A DNA stretch of 64,000 nucleotides from positions 1-64,000 of the IMG/VR virus record IMGVR_UViG_3300008117_000004. One strand, given 5' to 3'. Below, one piece after another: positions 19,275-29,405 of this stretch. The notes below the pieces were generated by a model, which was not told the origin of the DNA, made no database searches, and was given only the letters and a program-made list of their open reading frames with translations. The DNA is from an uncultured virus (IMG/VR IMGVR_UViG_3300008117_000004) (Duplodnaviria; Heunggongvirae; Uroviricota; Caudoviricetes). Numbering within the stretch: position 1 is the first letter of the stretch; the number at the start of each line of letters is the position of its first letter. A program made the translations under genes and the position numbers.

Positions 19275-19769
19275 ATGGAAATAAACGAAAAACTAGAAAA
19301 CCTTAAAAAACTTAAAAAGGAGTTAAGGTCTAAAAGAACTGAATTGGATGATGCTTCATCAGATCTTTTTGACTCTTGGTGTAAAGATTTTTTTACTAAA
19401 AACTCAGATGTGATTGAGTCATTCGCTTGGAACCAATACACACCCTATTTTAACGACGGGGACGCGACAGTGTTCTCAGCAAACACAGATTACATAAAAG
19501 TAAATGATGTTTATTGTGATGAATTGGAAAATATTCAAAAAATAAAAGTAACAAATTGGGGTACTTGGAACAGAGTAACTAAAAAGTATGATAATCGAGT
19601 AGAGTTTGAAAATCCAAACTATGATGAAAGATTGGATAATTTAGTTACTGAGATTAAAGATTTTTTACAATTATTTGATGATGATTTTTATCTAAGTAAA
19701 TATGGAGATCATACAGAAATAACAGTAACTAAAAATGGTGTTGATGTTGATGAATACGATCACGATTAA
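19275..19769 (+). CDS. Conserved phage hypothetical protein (WxQYTPYFNDG family)
   Basis: FAWNQYTPYFNDGDATVFS and C-terminal YGDHTEITVT..EYDHD. Confidence 0.7.
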   Translation: MEINEKLENLKKLKKELRSKRTELDDASSDLFDSWCKDFFTKNSDVIESFAWNQYTPYFNDGDATVFSANTDYIKVNDVYCDELENIQKIKVTNWGTWNRVTKKYDNRVEFENPNYDERLDNLVTEIKDFLQLFDDDFYLSKYGDHTEITVTKNGVDVDEYDHD

Positions 19770-20653
19770 TAGAATTTTCTACCCAATGACCAACCATCAT
19801 TTAAGTATAGATCTAATTGGTCCAAACTAACTTGTTTTGATTTTTTTAATATATCATTCTTAATCCACTTGGTGTTTAATTGGTTATTTGTTTTTTCTTT
19901 TGGGCGACCTAGGTAAAATCCATTTTGTAAATAGGTTGATAGGTCGTCTTTAGATACAGCTATAGTTTTCCCATCTTCTATATTAGTAACAAATGTTCTG
20001 TTATACATTGGATTTTTCCCACCACCTTTTGGAATTTTCTTAAATTTTTCTCTTGTCTCTTCGCTTATTACTCGATCCTTTGTTATATGCTTGTATTCAC
20101 CATTTAAGAATTTTGGGTCATTTACTGAAACCCATTTTTTAATTCCATTTTTGTCAATTATTAAAGTCTTTCCTTTAATTTTTGAGAATATCTCACCTGA
20201 TATAATTCTTGGATCGTCTTTTTTAACGCGATAATTATTACCATCTGAGTCAACTGCCATTATAAAGTCACTCAATGTTGATTTTAATTTACCAGATATA
20301 AAATCTGGATCATCTTTTGAAACTCTAAATCTTTTACCAATCTCATTTTCTACTAAAATAGAACCATTATTTGGTCTCCACCCACCACCTAGTATAATAT
20401 TATATGTGTCTTTTCGTTCTATGAATTCCCTATTAACAATTTTCTTTTCCATTAATATCATGTCATCTCTATTATCAAAAATGTATAATACCTCTTTTGT
20501 GAAATTTTCTCGTCCATATAACTTTAAGTCTAATTTTAAATTTTTACCGGATCCCATATAGGAATCGTTTATATCATAGGTCTTATGTATTCCCACATAA
20601 ATTTTACCATTCAATATATTTTTTATTTTATATACAATATAATACATTTTCAA
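19766..20653 (-). CDS. GIY-YIG (Seg-like) homing endonuclease
   Basis: YIVYKIKNILNGKIYVGIH, YMGSG, ENFTKEVL, YNIILGG. Confidence 0.88.
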   Translation of the reverse strand: MKMYYIVYKIKNILNGKIYVGIHKTYDINDSYMGSGKNLKLDLKLYGRENFTKEVLYIFDNRDDMILMEKKIVNREFIERKDTYNIILGGGWRPNNGSILVENEIGKRFRVSKDDPDFISGKLKSTLSDFIMAVDSDGNNYRVKKDDPRIISGEIFSKIKGKTLIIDKNGIKKWVSVNDPKFLNGEYKHITKDRVISEETREKFKKIPKGGGKNPMYNRTFVTNIEDGKTIAVSKDDLSTYLQNGFYLGRPKEKTNNQLNTKWIKNDILKKSKQVSLDQLDLYLNDGWSLGRKFY

Positions 20654-20762
20654 ATATACTTTTTATTGTATATATAAAATAGTCTTAGGTCTCCGAACCT
20701 ACTTATGGATAAAAAAAGTAAATTGAGTTCTTAATATATACATTAAGAATTTTTTTTATTTT

Positions 20763-21227
20763 ATGAAACATATTAAATTATTTGAAGCATTTAAAGGTAG
20801 ACCTTATATAGACAGAAGAGCTATGGCTGCTAGAAAACCTGTTGAGATTGGCTATTTAAAACAACCAGTTGAGATTAGAGTTGAGATTGAAAAACCAACA
20901 CACACATCAGATCGTCAATGGAGACATGGTGTGGATGATAAGATAACAGATGATGATATAGTAGAAACTATTGAAAAGGCTATTGAGCAACTTACTATTG
21001 ATTTAATGCAGGATGAATTTGATATCTATCAAAATGAGGATGATTATCCAACAAGAGGTGTTAAAGCTGGTGATTTTAATAGATTTGTTATAAAAAACAA
21101 AGAGAATAACTTAAATATTGTTTGTATTCTTCAACCAGGAGAATGGGAATTTACATTAACTATAATAACTATAATGACTAAACCGAATTTCACAACATAT
21201 CCAGGTCAGCATGTTATTGTGGTTTAA
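20763..21227 (+). CDS. Putative capsid-internal protein; C-terminal domain resembling DUF4258/RelE-like fold
   Basis: N-terminal MKHIKLFEAF; HTSDRQWRHG..ITDDDI..LTIITIM. Confidence 0.55.
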   Translation: MKHIKLFEAFKGRPYIDRRAMAARKPVEIGYLKQPVEIRVEIEKPTHTSDRQWRHGVDDKITDDDIVETIEKAIEQLTIDLMQDEFDIYQNEDDYPTRGVKAGDFNRFVIKNKENNLNIVCILQPGEWEFTLTIITIMTKPNFTTYPGQHVIVV

Positions 21228-21577
21228 TCTAGTAAATCTCTAAGTATTCTATCTCTTTTTTGTCTTTTTGATTCTTTACCGGATTCAATAATTTCAACTT
21301 CAATATATGAATTATTAGTTGGTGTGAAATTACTACGCTCCCACTTACCAAACTTACCAACTAATAAAGATTTTTTATATTTAACACCACATTTTTGACA
21401 TTGACAAAATACATCTTTCCAGACTTTACCATTAAATCTATCATAGAAGTATGATGTTTCATCTTCTACAAACCACTTCATATCCCAACCTCTCATTTGA
21501 TGACGACAAAATAATATTTTAATAGACTTTTTAATTTCTATTAAGGATGATTTTATAATTTCTATTGTACTAATCAT
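21224..21577 (-). CDS. Small Zn-binding hypothetical protein with C-terminal RD tag
   Basis: FCRH..CQCQKCG; ends KRDRILRDLLD. Confidence 0.65.
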   Translation of the reverse strand: MISTIEIIKSSLIEIKKSIKILFCRHQMRGWDMKWFVEDETSYFYDRFNGKVWKDVFCQCQKCGVKYKKSLLVGKFGKWERSNFTPTNNSYIEVEIIESGKESKRQKRDRILRDLLD

Positions 21578-21956
21578 TTATTTGAAGCCACATCCCATCA
21601 GTTAGTAATTGATACTTACCAATGAATACATATTTATTTTTCCATTCTTCTGGTGATATAATAGATAAAAATTCATATTCACCATTCGAATAAAGATAAT
21701 AATTATTTCCAACAATTGGTTGAAAGTTATACTTAGATTTATAAATACGTTCATTTAAATTTATACTATTCATCAAATCTTCATATTGAGATTTAATTTC
21801 GTTAAATCTTTGAGTATAATGATGTTTTAATCTATTGGATTTATCAAGTTTAAACAACTCAATATTATCGGGTTCAAATGGTTGTGAACCAATTTCAGTT
21901 GGATATGCTTTAGAATACCTATCAGGTACATAACTATCGGGTAACTTTTTTTCCAT
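21570..21956 (-). CDS. DUF2452-like protein
   Basis: YNFQPIVGNNYYLY..FLSIISPEEW. Confidence 0.7.
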   Translation of the reverse strand: MEKKLPDSYVPDRYSKAYPTEIGSQPFEPDNIELFKLDKSNRLKHHYTQRFNEIKSQYEDLMNSINLNERIYKSKYNFQPIVGNNYYLYSNGEYEFLSIISPEEWKNKYVFIGKYQLLTDGMWLQIND

Positions 21957-21968
21957 AAATTTTATATA

Positions 21969-21999
21969 AAAAAACCTCTGAAAGTTTCAGAGGTTTTTT
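21969..21999. terminator. Symmetric intrinsic terminator downstream of S1-like gene
   Basis: AAAAAACCTCTGAA-AGT-TTCAGAGGTTTTTT. Confidence 0.8.
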
Positions 22000-22017
22000 A
22001 AAGAGTTTTAAATAATC

Positions 22018-23130
22018 TTAAGCTAATGTTAAGAATATTTTTCTACTTGAACGATCAACAGATAAAACTTTTACGTTTAAATCTTGACCAACATTGAATT
22101 TCTTATTCAATTTCTCCATTTCTGAAGTGTGAATTAATCCAACTGTCTCATCATCAAGATTAATTAAAGTACCAAATTGTTTAGTATCTTTAACAGAACC
22201 TTTTAATGTTTGACCATTTTTGATAGTGTCCCAAAGAGTTTCTCTTAAAATCTGAGTTAAGATGATTTTATCTCTTGTAGGGTCTCCTTTAGCATCTTTA
22301 ACGATCTCTTTGATATAAAAATCAATTTCAAAACCAGGTTTAATATCGTTAAGTTTTTCTTGCCAGTCTGGGTGTACATTTGCTTTGTGAATCATACCAG
22401 TTAAACACTCGTTAAATTCAACAAACACACCAAATGGAGCTGTTCCTGTAACGTTTCCTGTGTAAACAGTTTCGTTATTAAGTTCTTTAATAGCTGCTGG
22501 GATAAGTGATTGTAAGAATTTTCTTCTACTAACAATATAAGTACCTTCATGGTCTGAGTAAGACTCAATTGCTACTTCAAATGTTTCACCAACAATAGAA
22601 TTTGGATCAAATAATTTGTTGATACCAGCCAACGTATTTGGCATAAATCCAGGAAGAGTAACACCACCGTGGAATACATCAACATCATATCCCGCTGGAT
22701 TAAGTGATTTAATATAGGCTGTTACCGATTCTCCTTCCTCAAGAGATTTCAAGTTAGCGTGAGCTCTTGACTCGTATAAGTTCGCGATAGATCCTTTGAT
22801 CATGAAGTTTTTATCACTAATATCATAGATTAAGACATCAACTACATCACCAAATTCAGCATTTTTAAGGTATTTTTCTTCATTACCCTTGTTATCAATT
22901 CTGATGAAGTCTTTATAACCAGAAACTTCAAATAAAAATTGTTCTGATGTTTTACCAACATAAACTGCTGATACCACAGAATTCTTTTTAGGTACATTAA
23001 TTTCAATAGAATCGTAAAGTGCTGATAATTTACTGTCTATTTTTCTGTTTTTGTTTTTTCTTGGTGAAAACGTATTGTCTTCGAAGAGATAATCTAACTC
23101 TTCATTACCGATTTTGTTTATCATATTCAT
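22018..23130 (-). CDS. rpsA: Ribosomal protein S1-like protein (about four S1/OB domains)
   Basis: LPGFMP..IVSRRK, GTAPFGVFVEF..GMIHKA, KQFGTLINL..GLIHTSE..VKVLSVD..KIFLT. Confidence 0.8.
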   Translation of the reverse strand: MNMINKIGNEELDYLFEDNTFSPRKNKNRKIDSKLSALYDSIEINVPKKNSVVSAVYVGKTSEQFLFEVSGYKDFIRIDNKGNEEKYLKNAEFGDVVDVLIYDISDKNFMIKGSIANLYESRAHANLKSLEEGESVTAYIKSLNPAGYDVDVFHGGVTLPGFMPNTLAGINKLFDPNSIVGETFEVAIESYSDHEGTYIVSRRKFLQSLIPAAIKELNNETVYTGNVTGTAPFGVFVEFNECLTGMIHKANVHPDWQEKLNDIKPGFEIDFYIKEIVKDAKGDPTRDKIILTQILRETLWDTIKNGQTLKGSVKDTKQFGTLINLDDETVGLIHTSEMEKLNKKFNVGQDLNVKVLSVDRSSRKIFLTLA

Positions 23131-23189
23131 AAATTTAAAAGTTACTAACTAATGATTATATTGACTAACTTATATAAAAGTTTAAAAAA

Positions 23190-23576
23190 TTATTTTATTC
23201 TTTTAATATTATTTTTAATCATATAATCTCTCAATCTCGCAGCATCTTCGTATCTCTCTTCATTTATAAGAGTTTCTAACTTTTCATTAAGTGCTGCTGC
23301 AATTTCTTCCGGATTCTTAGAATTACCAATTCTTTTAATATCATCTGTTAATGAATTAAAATATTTGTTCATTTGATTTATATCCAAAAAAAGATTTTTT
23401 TGTTTAGGATCATTTGAATCTATAAGTTCTTTTAAAGAAGAGCTATTCATTACTTTTTTAATAAAATCCTCTGTTAAAGCAGAATTCTCTATTAAATATT
23501 TAGCTAAATGAAAAGGTCTATTTTTGAACATCTTTAATAAGATTACAAAATTTCTATATAAATCTTCATTTTCCAT
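23190..23576 (-). CDS. Protein with C-terminal UVR (UvrB/UvrC) motif
   Basis: LNEKLETLINEERYEDAARLRD. Confidence 0.75.
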   Translation of the reverse strand: MENEDLYRNFVILLKMFKNRPFHLAKYLIENSALTEDFIKKVMNSSSLKELIDSNDPKQKNLFLDINQMNKYFNSLTDDIKRIGNSKNPEEIAAALNEKLETLINEERYEDAARLRDYMIKNNIKRIK

Positions 23577-23610
23577 ACTTAAATATTATATTTTGGGTAC
23601 TTAGTAAGTT

Positions 23611-24300
23611 TTATATTTTAGTGAATAATAAATTAAAATAGTAGTTAAAGTTATATAGTGTACTAGGTACTTCTTGATTAAAGAATAATTTTATTGATGT
23701 TCCGTCGAATTTAGTTTCAGTTTGAAGTTTCTTCATTTGAAATTCGGGTTTGAACGCTGATGAATTCCAATTATTTTTAAATCTAAGTAGATTTTGACTT
23801 CTCAAATCTTTATTCTCAACATATAAGTCAACTCTATTGATCTTGTATCTATCAAGTACATTATTATTTATGTAATTTTTAAGAGATGAATTAACATCAT
23901 TATTCAATGTCATATTATTTTTAATGCCTTCAAAAGTTCTCCATCTCTTCATTTCTGCAAAAATATAATCTATTAAAATATTTCTTAAATCAATAGTTAT
24001 GATCCAACGGGTTGCATTATCTCTAGTATATGTAGATTGAGTTTGATCTAGCTCCAATAAGTGATAATTTTTTTTTGAAGTTGATGAAGAGTAGATGTTT
24101 GAATCCAATATTTGTTCTGATGATAAGTCAATCTGCTCACCATTTGAGTTTTGAAAATAGATAATATCTTGTACATCAATATAGATTGAGTCTTCTATTT
24201 CAAGCATTTTGGATCCAAAGAAATTACTTTCTTCAACCATATTAAGACTACCATTTATATCTTTGTGTGTAAACTCAGGACTTATGTAACTTCTTCTCAT
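23611..24300 (-). CDS. Hypothetical protein in structural operon
   Basis: 229-aa ORF coupled to 24297..24776. Confidence 0.7.
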   Translation of the reverse strand: MRRSYISPEFTHKDINGSLNMVEESNFFGSKMLEIEDSIYIDVQDIIYFQNSNGEQIDLSSEQILDSNIYSSSTSKKNYHLLELDQTQSTYTRDNATRWIITIDLRNILIDYIFAEMKRWRTFEGIKNNMTLNNDVNSSLKNYINNNVLDRYKINRVDLYVENKDLRSQNLLRFKNNWNSSAFKPEFQMKKLQTETKFDGTSIKLFFNQEVPSTLYNFNYYFNLLFTKI

Positions 24301-24776
24301 ATATAATCATTTCTATTTATATTAAAACTTCTAATTGGTCTACCAATATCAATAGTTTCGGTTGGGATAATACCAGTATTTATTTCAAAATTATCTCTCC
24401 AATCTATTAAAACTCTCTCATAATTATTTCTATTTTTATTATAGAATTTTAGATTACTTAAATCATAAGTATATGATGGATTCGTAGATTCAAATGTTTC
24501 TAAATGATATTCATAATCCCAAGTAGATTTAAATATAAAAAAATCAGTTACTGAATATCCAAATTCATCTAACATTGGATAAATTGATTTAATATCCTTA
24601 TCATCTTTTAATTTTAAAACACTCTGTATTCTATTTATTTTTCTAAATTTTCTTTCTTTTACAACACCAAATGCTGTTAGATCTGTATCAAAAGAATAAT
24701 TACCATAAATAGGGTTATAGTAAGAGTTTTCTTTTTTTAAATAATTACTTTGACTGAAAAAAACAGGTGCTGACAT
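24297..24776 (-). CDS. Hypothetical protein in structural operon
   Basis: 159-aa ORF with TAAATATATA 4 nt upstream. Confidence 0.65.
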   Translation of the reverse strand: MSAPVFFSQSNYLKKENSYYNPIYGNYSFDTDLTAFGVVKERKFRKINRIQSVLKLKDDKDIKSIYPMLDEFGYSVTDFFIFKSTWDYEYHLETFESTNPSYTYDLSNLKFYNKNRNNYERVLIDWRDNFEINTGIIPTETIDIGRPIRSFNINRNDYI

Positions 24777-24792
24777 AATCTATATATTTATT

Positions 24793-27700
24793 TTAAAAGA
24801 ACTCATAATAAAAAGTACTATCAACTGTTGTTGTTTCAGTATTTGAGTTTATTGTATATATTGACTTAGAAGAAGTTATACCATAAAAATCTTTGGTATA
24901 AATCTCAAAGTAAATCTTAGTATCATTACTATTTTGAGCAAATGTTTTATCAGCTGTATAAGTAACAGTACTAGTAAATGATGATAATGCTGAGCTATAA
25001 GTACCAGATTTGTAACCAAAAGCATACTCGTATGGTGGATGACCAGAAGTTGCTGATAAAACAAAAGTAATATTTGAATCGGAATAACTATTTGAAATAT
25101 CAAATAACAAAGTAGGAACCGTTTGTTTTGCTGAAATCTTCAAATTCCCAAATGATGACTTATATTTAACTGATAAAACATCATAATTCTGATTAGTAGT
25201 ATTATCAATATAACTATCATCTTTTTTTAGAACTTCAAATATAAATCCAGCTCCTGAAAAAAGACTTTGGTTATACAAAATATTCATAATATCATTATAA
25301 TATGAATTAGCTTTAATATTATAGTTTTGTTCAACAATAGTTCCGTCTTTTTCAAATGTAAATGTAAACTCATCATCTATTTCAGTATAGAATATGAATT
25401 GTATCTCATTATAATTTGTACTATTATCCTTCTTAAACAACTCAATATCATAAAATAGTGGCATATAATTACCACTAAATCTATAAACATAACTATTAAC
25501 TTGATTTCTAATACCGTGCATAAAAGATAATACCGGTGTCTCACTCAAATTCTCTACTATTGTCGTTGCAACTGGTGTTTGATTATAGTAATTTAAATTA
25601 TATAAATTATCTATAAATCCATTATTTAAATTCTTTTTTGATTTTAACTTTTCGACATTTATAGGATATTTTAATAAAGAATTCATTTTAAAATAAGTTG
25701 ATCTTGGTTTATCAGCAAATATAATTAATGGTAACTGTTCAATATTATTATAGTCATATTCCTTAATATTTAAATTCTCATCAATAACAATATATTTAAC
25801 ATAGTCGGTAAAATCATATTTATTTGTTAAATTATTTATAGAATCTATAAAGTTTTTAGCAGATAATTTAGAATAGATAGATTTATAAAGATCATCTCTA
25901 TCAGTATTTTCTAAATTTGATAGTGTATTATCATTTACAACAATATTTACTAAAACATTTTTCCATTTTTTATTAACATAAATTCTGATACCATTTTCTA
26001 ATGTACTTTTATTTGGATTTGACTTAATTTTATATATTTCATCATTCATTATTATATAAGGATTTGATGAGGTTCCATAAACAAAATTAGTATCAGGTTC
26101 CATACTATAAACTCTTTTCCAATATAGAGATATACCAGGCTCTTCATTATTTTTAATAAATTGATTTTCTGGATTTGAAAAAGTACCAACAAAAACAATA
26201 TCATCATGAACAACATATGAGTTATAATCATATACTGTTCCTGGATTCCAAACTGATATTTTTAACCATTTAGGATTTATAGATGTTGGAAGAGATTCAA
26301 TTTTCTTCCAATTTGTTGTCCAGGTCATACCACTTTTAGAGACCGGACTTATAAAATCTTCATTTATCTCATATTCAAAATATTGATTTGAATAGACTCT
26401 TATTTCTTGATTAAAATCAGGTTTTTGAAAGTTATAGTCAATTAATGATTCATAATAATCACCCTTATAAATAACAATAGAACCTTTGTTGTATCCATTT
26501 AAAGTACCATATTGTGTTTTTTGTTCATCACCAACAAAATCATTAGCATGACTACCAGTTCCACCAAATAGTAAACTCTTATAAGGATTCCAAAAGTCAA
26601 CACTTGAGAATGTATTTGAATTTATTATATACCACTCACCACTATTATAAATAATTGTATTGTCAGTATATTTAGAAACTCCATTAACATCGGGACTTAA
26701 TCCAGATAATAAAGATCTATAAGGATTCCAAAATGGGGAATTTTCATTTGAATAATATGACCAATATTGATCTCTTTTTGAATCGGTTAAAATATTAGTT
26801 ACTTTAACACCATTTGTATTTATTAAAGTTGAGTAAGGACTAGATTTAATATTTACACTACCAGAAGTTTGTAATGTAGAATATCTATATGTATAAGATG
26901 GTTCATTTATTTGATTATAACCCAAAGATTGATATAATATATCATCATAAATGACTATCGATCCGGTAGCATAAGCTTTTTCCATTTCCCAATTCTCTAT
27001 AATATCCCACTCCATGTTATTACTATCCGAAGTTAGTAAAATACTAAATTTATAGTCTTCATAATTATTTGTATTTCTAGTATTTATAACATCAATATTA
27101 CCGTCATTATTCTTTTTGATATCCTGAACATCATATAAACTAAATTTAATACCCTTGAATAAAGTTGAGTTTGGATAATCTTCACTACCTCTATTAAATA
27201 AAGAATACTTAACAACATTTTTCTTTAACGTATTATTTAAGAATGATGTTTTTCTTTCAAAAAACCACTTAAAGTAATCAAAATTGTATAGATTTACAGA
27301 ATTTGTACCAGTTACATACGTATCTTTTCCTAAATATTTATCAAAATCAAAAAAGAAATTTAAATCAATACCATTATTATTATTGTTCTCAACATGTAAT
27401 GTATGATGTAGATAAGAAAAGGTAGATGAATTTATTGTATAAAAATAATCTAATGTTCTTTCACTTCTAATTAAGTCAGCATCATAAGTATTTGCAGTTC
27501 TATTAAATCTTTCAAATAATTTAGAATTATTTAATAGATATGGATAGTCATTAGCTGATAATGAGTTATTGTAAACCCATCTACAATATACAGAGTTTTT
27601 TCGCCAAAGAGGTGTTAAGTCATTGTCTTGTATTTTAAATGTCTCATGATTAGCCGTATATTCAGATGAGATTGGTATATTCTCAGTTTCATTTTTATAC

Positions 27701-29388
27701 ACAAAGTCTTCTGGAGAAGCCGGACTCTCGTTTAGATTGATAAAATACATTTTTGTTTCATCAGTGTTTGTGATCTCATCTCTCTTCTCATACTCAAATT
27801 TAGAATATTCAGTATCAACAATCCTATCATCAAAATCTTTAATATCAGTAAAATTAAGTCTATAAATATTAAACTTTTTAGGAGTTTCTCCTATATTTAA
27901 TATAAAACTAACTTCTTTAGTATAAGAAGGATCGTTTTTATTAATCCAATAAGTATAAGTATTTTCTTTAAAATTAAATTCATAATCAGTATTCAATTTT
28001 AAATAACCATCTTCTTTTATTATATTATGATAAACCCCATCAATTTCTATAATCCAAACATCTGCTAGTTCAAAATCATCTATTTCTATCTTATTACCAC
28101 TATAATCAACTATTCTTTTGTTGGAATCAATTATAGCAGTATTTTTATTTAGTAAATTTTCTTTTCCCGATAGATCCACTGAAGATATTATTCTCCACTT
28201 ATCAACAATTGGTGTAATTATTTCATCGGTGAATAAATTTCTCGAAACTGGAATTGAATTAACTGTTCTACCAAATAAGCCTGATCCACGTGATCCAACT
28301 TTTGGTAAAAATCTAAAGTTTAAAGGAATTCTAACTCTAGAGTTAAAAAGACTATATCTAATATCTTGTGTAAATTTTTCAACTTTATAGTATTGACCTA
28401 AATACTCAATGTAATATTCTTTATTGGAATCCCATCCATCTATAAAAGGTGATAGGTTATCAACACTTTCTAAAACATTACCAATTAATACTTTAACTCC
28501 GTTTTTTAATTTTGGTGTAGAATATGGAGAAATAGTTTTAACTAAATCCATTCCATTTAAATAAAATCCATAGTATCTATTAATAGACCATTTTCTCAAT
28601 AAATCACCAGTCGCTGGGGTATCATCAAATAAGAATGAAAAGTTCAATATATTAGGAAATATAGTACCTGATTCTTTATAGTTATCAAATACGAATTTTT
28701 CAAATTCAAAAATCTCATTTTCCTTTTCTAAAAAATCATCTAAAAACAAAGATCTAGTTGTATATCCACCAGATTTATAATCTATACCATTCCACTCACT
28801 GAATTCAAGTCTATCAAAACTCATTTCAAATGGAGATTCAGGAAAAAAATCGTTATCAACAAAGTTATTATTTAACCACTCTCCTAAATTTGTCTTTTTA
28901 CTAAAGTCAAATAATTTAACAGTTTTAAATTTATTAATAATTTCTCTTTTAAAATTAAATCTATCTAAGTCTAAAAGACCAGGACCATCAACTCTAAATA
29001 TTATAAATCCATTTGGTAATTTATCTTTTATTAAATAAAGTGGTGCAAAATACTCAAACTCTTCTGAGTAATTTTTATTATCTATAATATTTCTGGCGCC
29101 ATATTGATATATCTCATCGTATTGATTGGAAAAATCATTACTCATTGTGCTATTATCATTATCATATTTAATAGAGTATGCTATTTGAGATGGTAAATCT
29201 TTCCATAAATATGGAACTAATTCATCATAATAATTATTCTTATTAAATGATAATTTTTTATATTTAGAATTTTTCAATTCTGGAACAGAATCAATACTAT
29301 CTAATGAAAGATTATATTGACTATCAACCATTATTTTAACATTTGTTGTTAAACCCACATTTGTTCTTAAAATACCAAAACTCTTCAT
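24793..29388 (-). CDS. Very large putative virion structural protein with CBM5/12-like aromatic repeats
   Basis: 1531 aa; repeats such as YATGSIVIYDD, YNKGSIVIYKGDYYESL, WNPGTVYDYNSYVVHDD. Confidence 0.65.
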   Translation of the reverse strand: MKSFGILRTNVGLTTNVKIMVDSQYNLSLDSIDSVPELKNSKYKKLSFNKNNYYDELVPYLWKDLPSQIAYSIKYDNDNSTMSNDFSNQYDEIYQYGARNIIDNKNYSEEFEYFAPLYLIKDKLPNGFIIFRVDGPGLLDLDRFNFKREIINKFKTVKLFDFSKKTNLGEWLNNNFVDNDFFPESPFEMSFDRLEFSEWNGIDYKSGGYTTRSLFLDDFLEKENEIFEFEKFVFDNYKESGTIFPNILNFSFLFDDTPATGDLLRKWSINRYYGFYLNGMDLVKTISPYSTPKLKNGVKVLIGNVLESVDNLSPFIDGWDSNKEYYIEYLGQYYKVEKFTQDIRYSLFNSRVRIPLNFRFLPKVGSRGSGLFGRTVNSIPVSRNLFTDEIITPIVDKWRIISSVDLSGKENLLNKNTAIIDSNKRIVDYSGNKIEIDDFELADVWIIEIDGVYHNIIKEDGYLKLNTDYEFNFKENTYTYWINKNDPSYTKEVSFILNIGETPKKFNIYRLNFTDIKDFDDRIVDTEYSKFEYEKRDEITNTDETKMYFINLNESPASPEDFVYKNETENIPISSEYTANHETFKIQDNDLTPLWRKNSVYCRWVYNNSLSANDYPYLLNNSKLFERFNRTANTYDADLIRSERTLDYFYTINSSTFSYLHHTLHVENNNNNGIDLNFFFDFDKYLGKDTYVTGTNSVNLYNFDYFKWFFERKTSFLNNTLKKNVVKYSLFNRGSEDYPNSTLFKGIKFSLYDVQDIKKNNDGNIDVINTRNTNNYEDYKFSILLTSDSNNMEWDIIENWEMEKAYATGSIVIYDDILYQSLGYNQINEPSYTYRYSTLQTSGSVNIKSSPYSTLINTNGVKVTNILTDSKRDQYWSYYSNENSPFWNPYRSLLSGLSPDVNGVSKYTDNTIIYNSGEWYIINSNTFSSVDFWNPYKSLLFGGTGSHANDFVGDEQKTQYGTLNGYNKGSIVIYKGDYYESLIDYNFQKPDFNQEIRVYSNQYFEYEINEDFISPVSKSGMTWTTNWKKIESLPTSINPKWLKISVWNPGTVYDYNSYVVHDDIVFVGTFSNPENQFIKNNEEPGISLYWKRVYSMEPDTNFVYGTSSNPYIIMNDEIYKIKSNPNKSTLENGIRIYVNKKWKNVLVNIVVNDNTLSNLENTDRDDLYKSIYSKLSAKNFIDSINNLTNKYDFTDYVKYIVIDENLNIKEYDYNNIEQLPLIIFADKPRSTYFKMNSLLKYPINVEKLKSKKNLNNGFIDNLYNLNYYNQTPVATTIVENLSETPVLSFMHGIRNQVNSYVYRFSGNYMPLFYDIELFKKDNSTNYNEIQFIFYTEIDDEFTFTFEKDGTIVEQNYNIKANSYYNDIMNILYNQSLFSGAGFIFEVLKKDDSYIDNTTNQNYDVLSVKYKSSFGNLKISAKQTVPTLLFDISNSYSDSNITFVLSATSGHPPYEYAFGYKSGTYSSALSSFTSTVTYTADKTFAQNSNDTKIYFEIYTKDFYGITSSKSIYTINSNTETTTVDSTFYYEFF

Positions 29389-29405
29389 TTATTATAAATT
29401 TTTTA

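Noticed and set aside
21962..21987. AAACTT-N15-TATAA promoter copy before 21956
   Set aside because: Overlaps the terminator hairpin, so the match may be coincidental; not counted.
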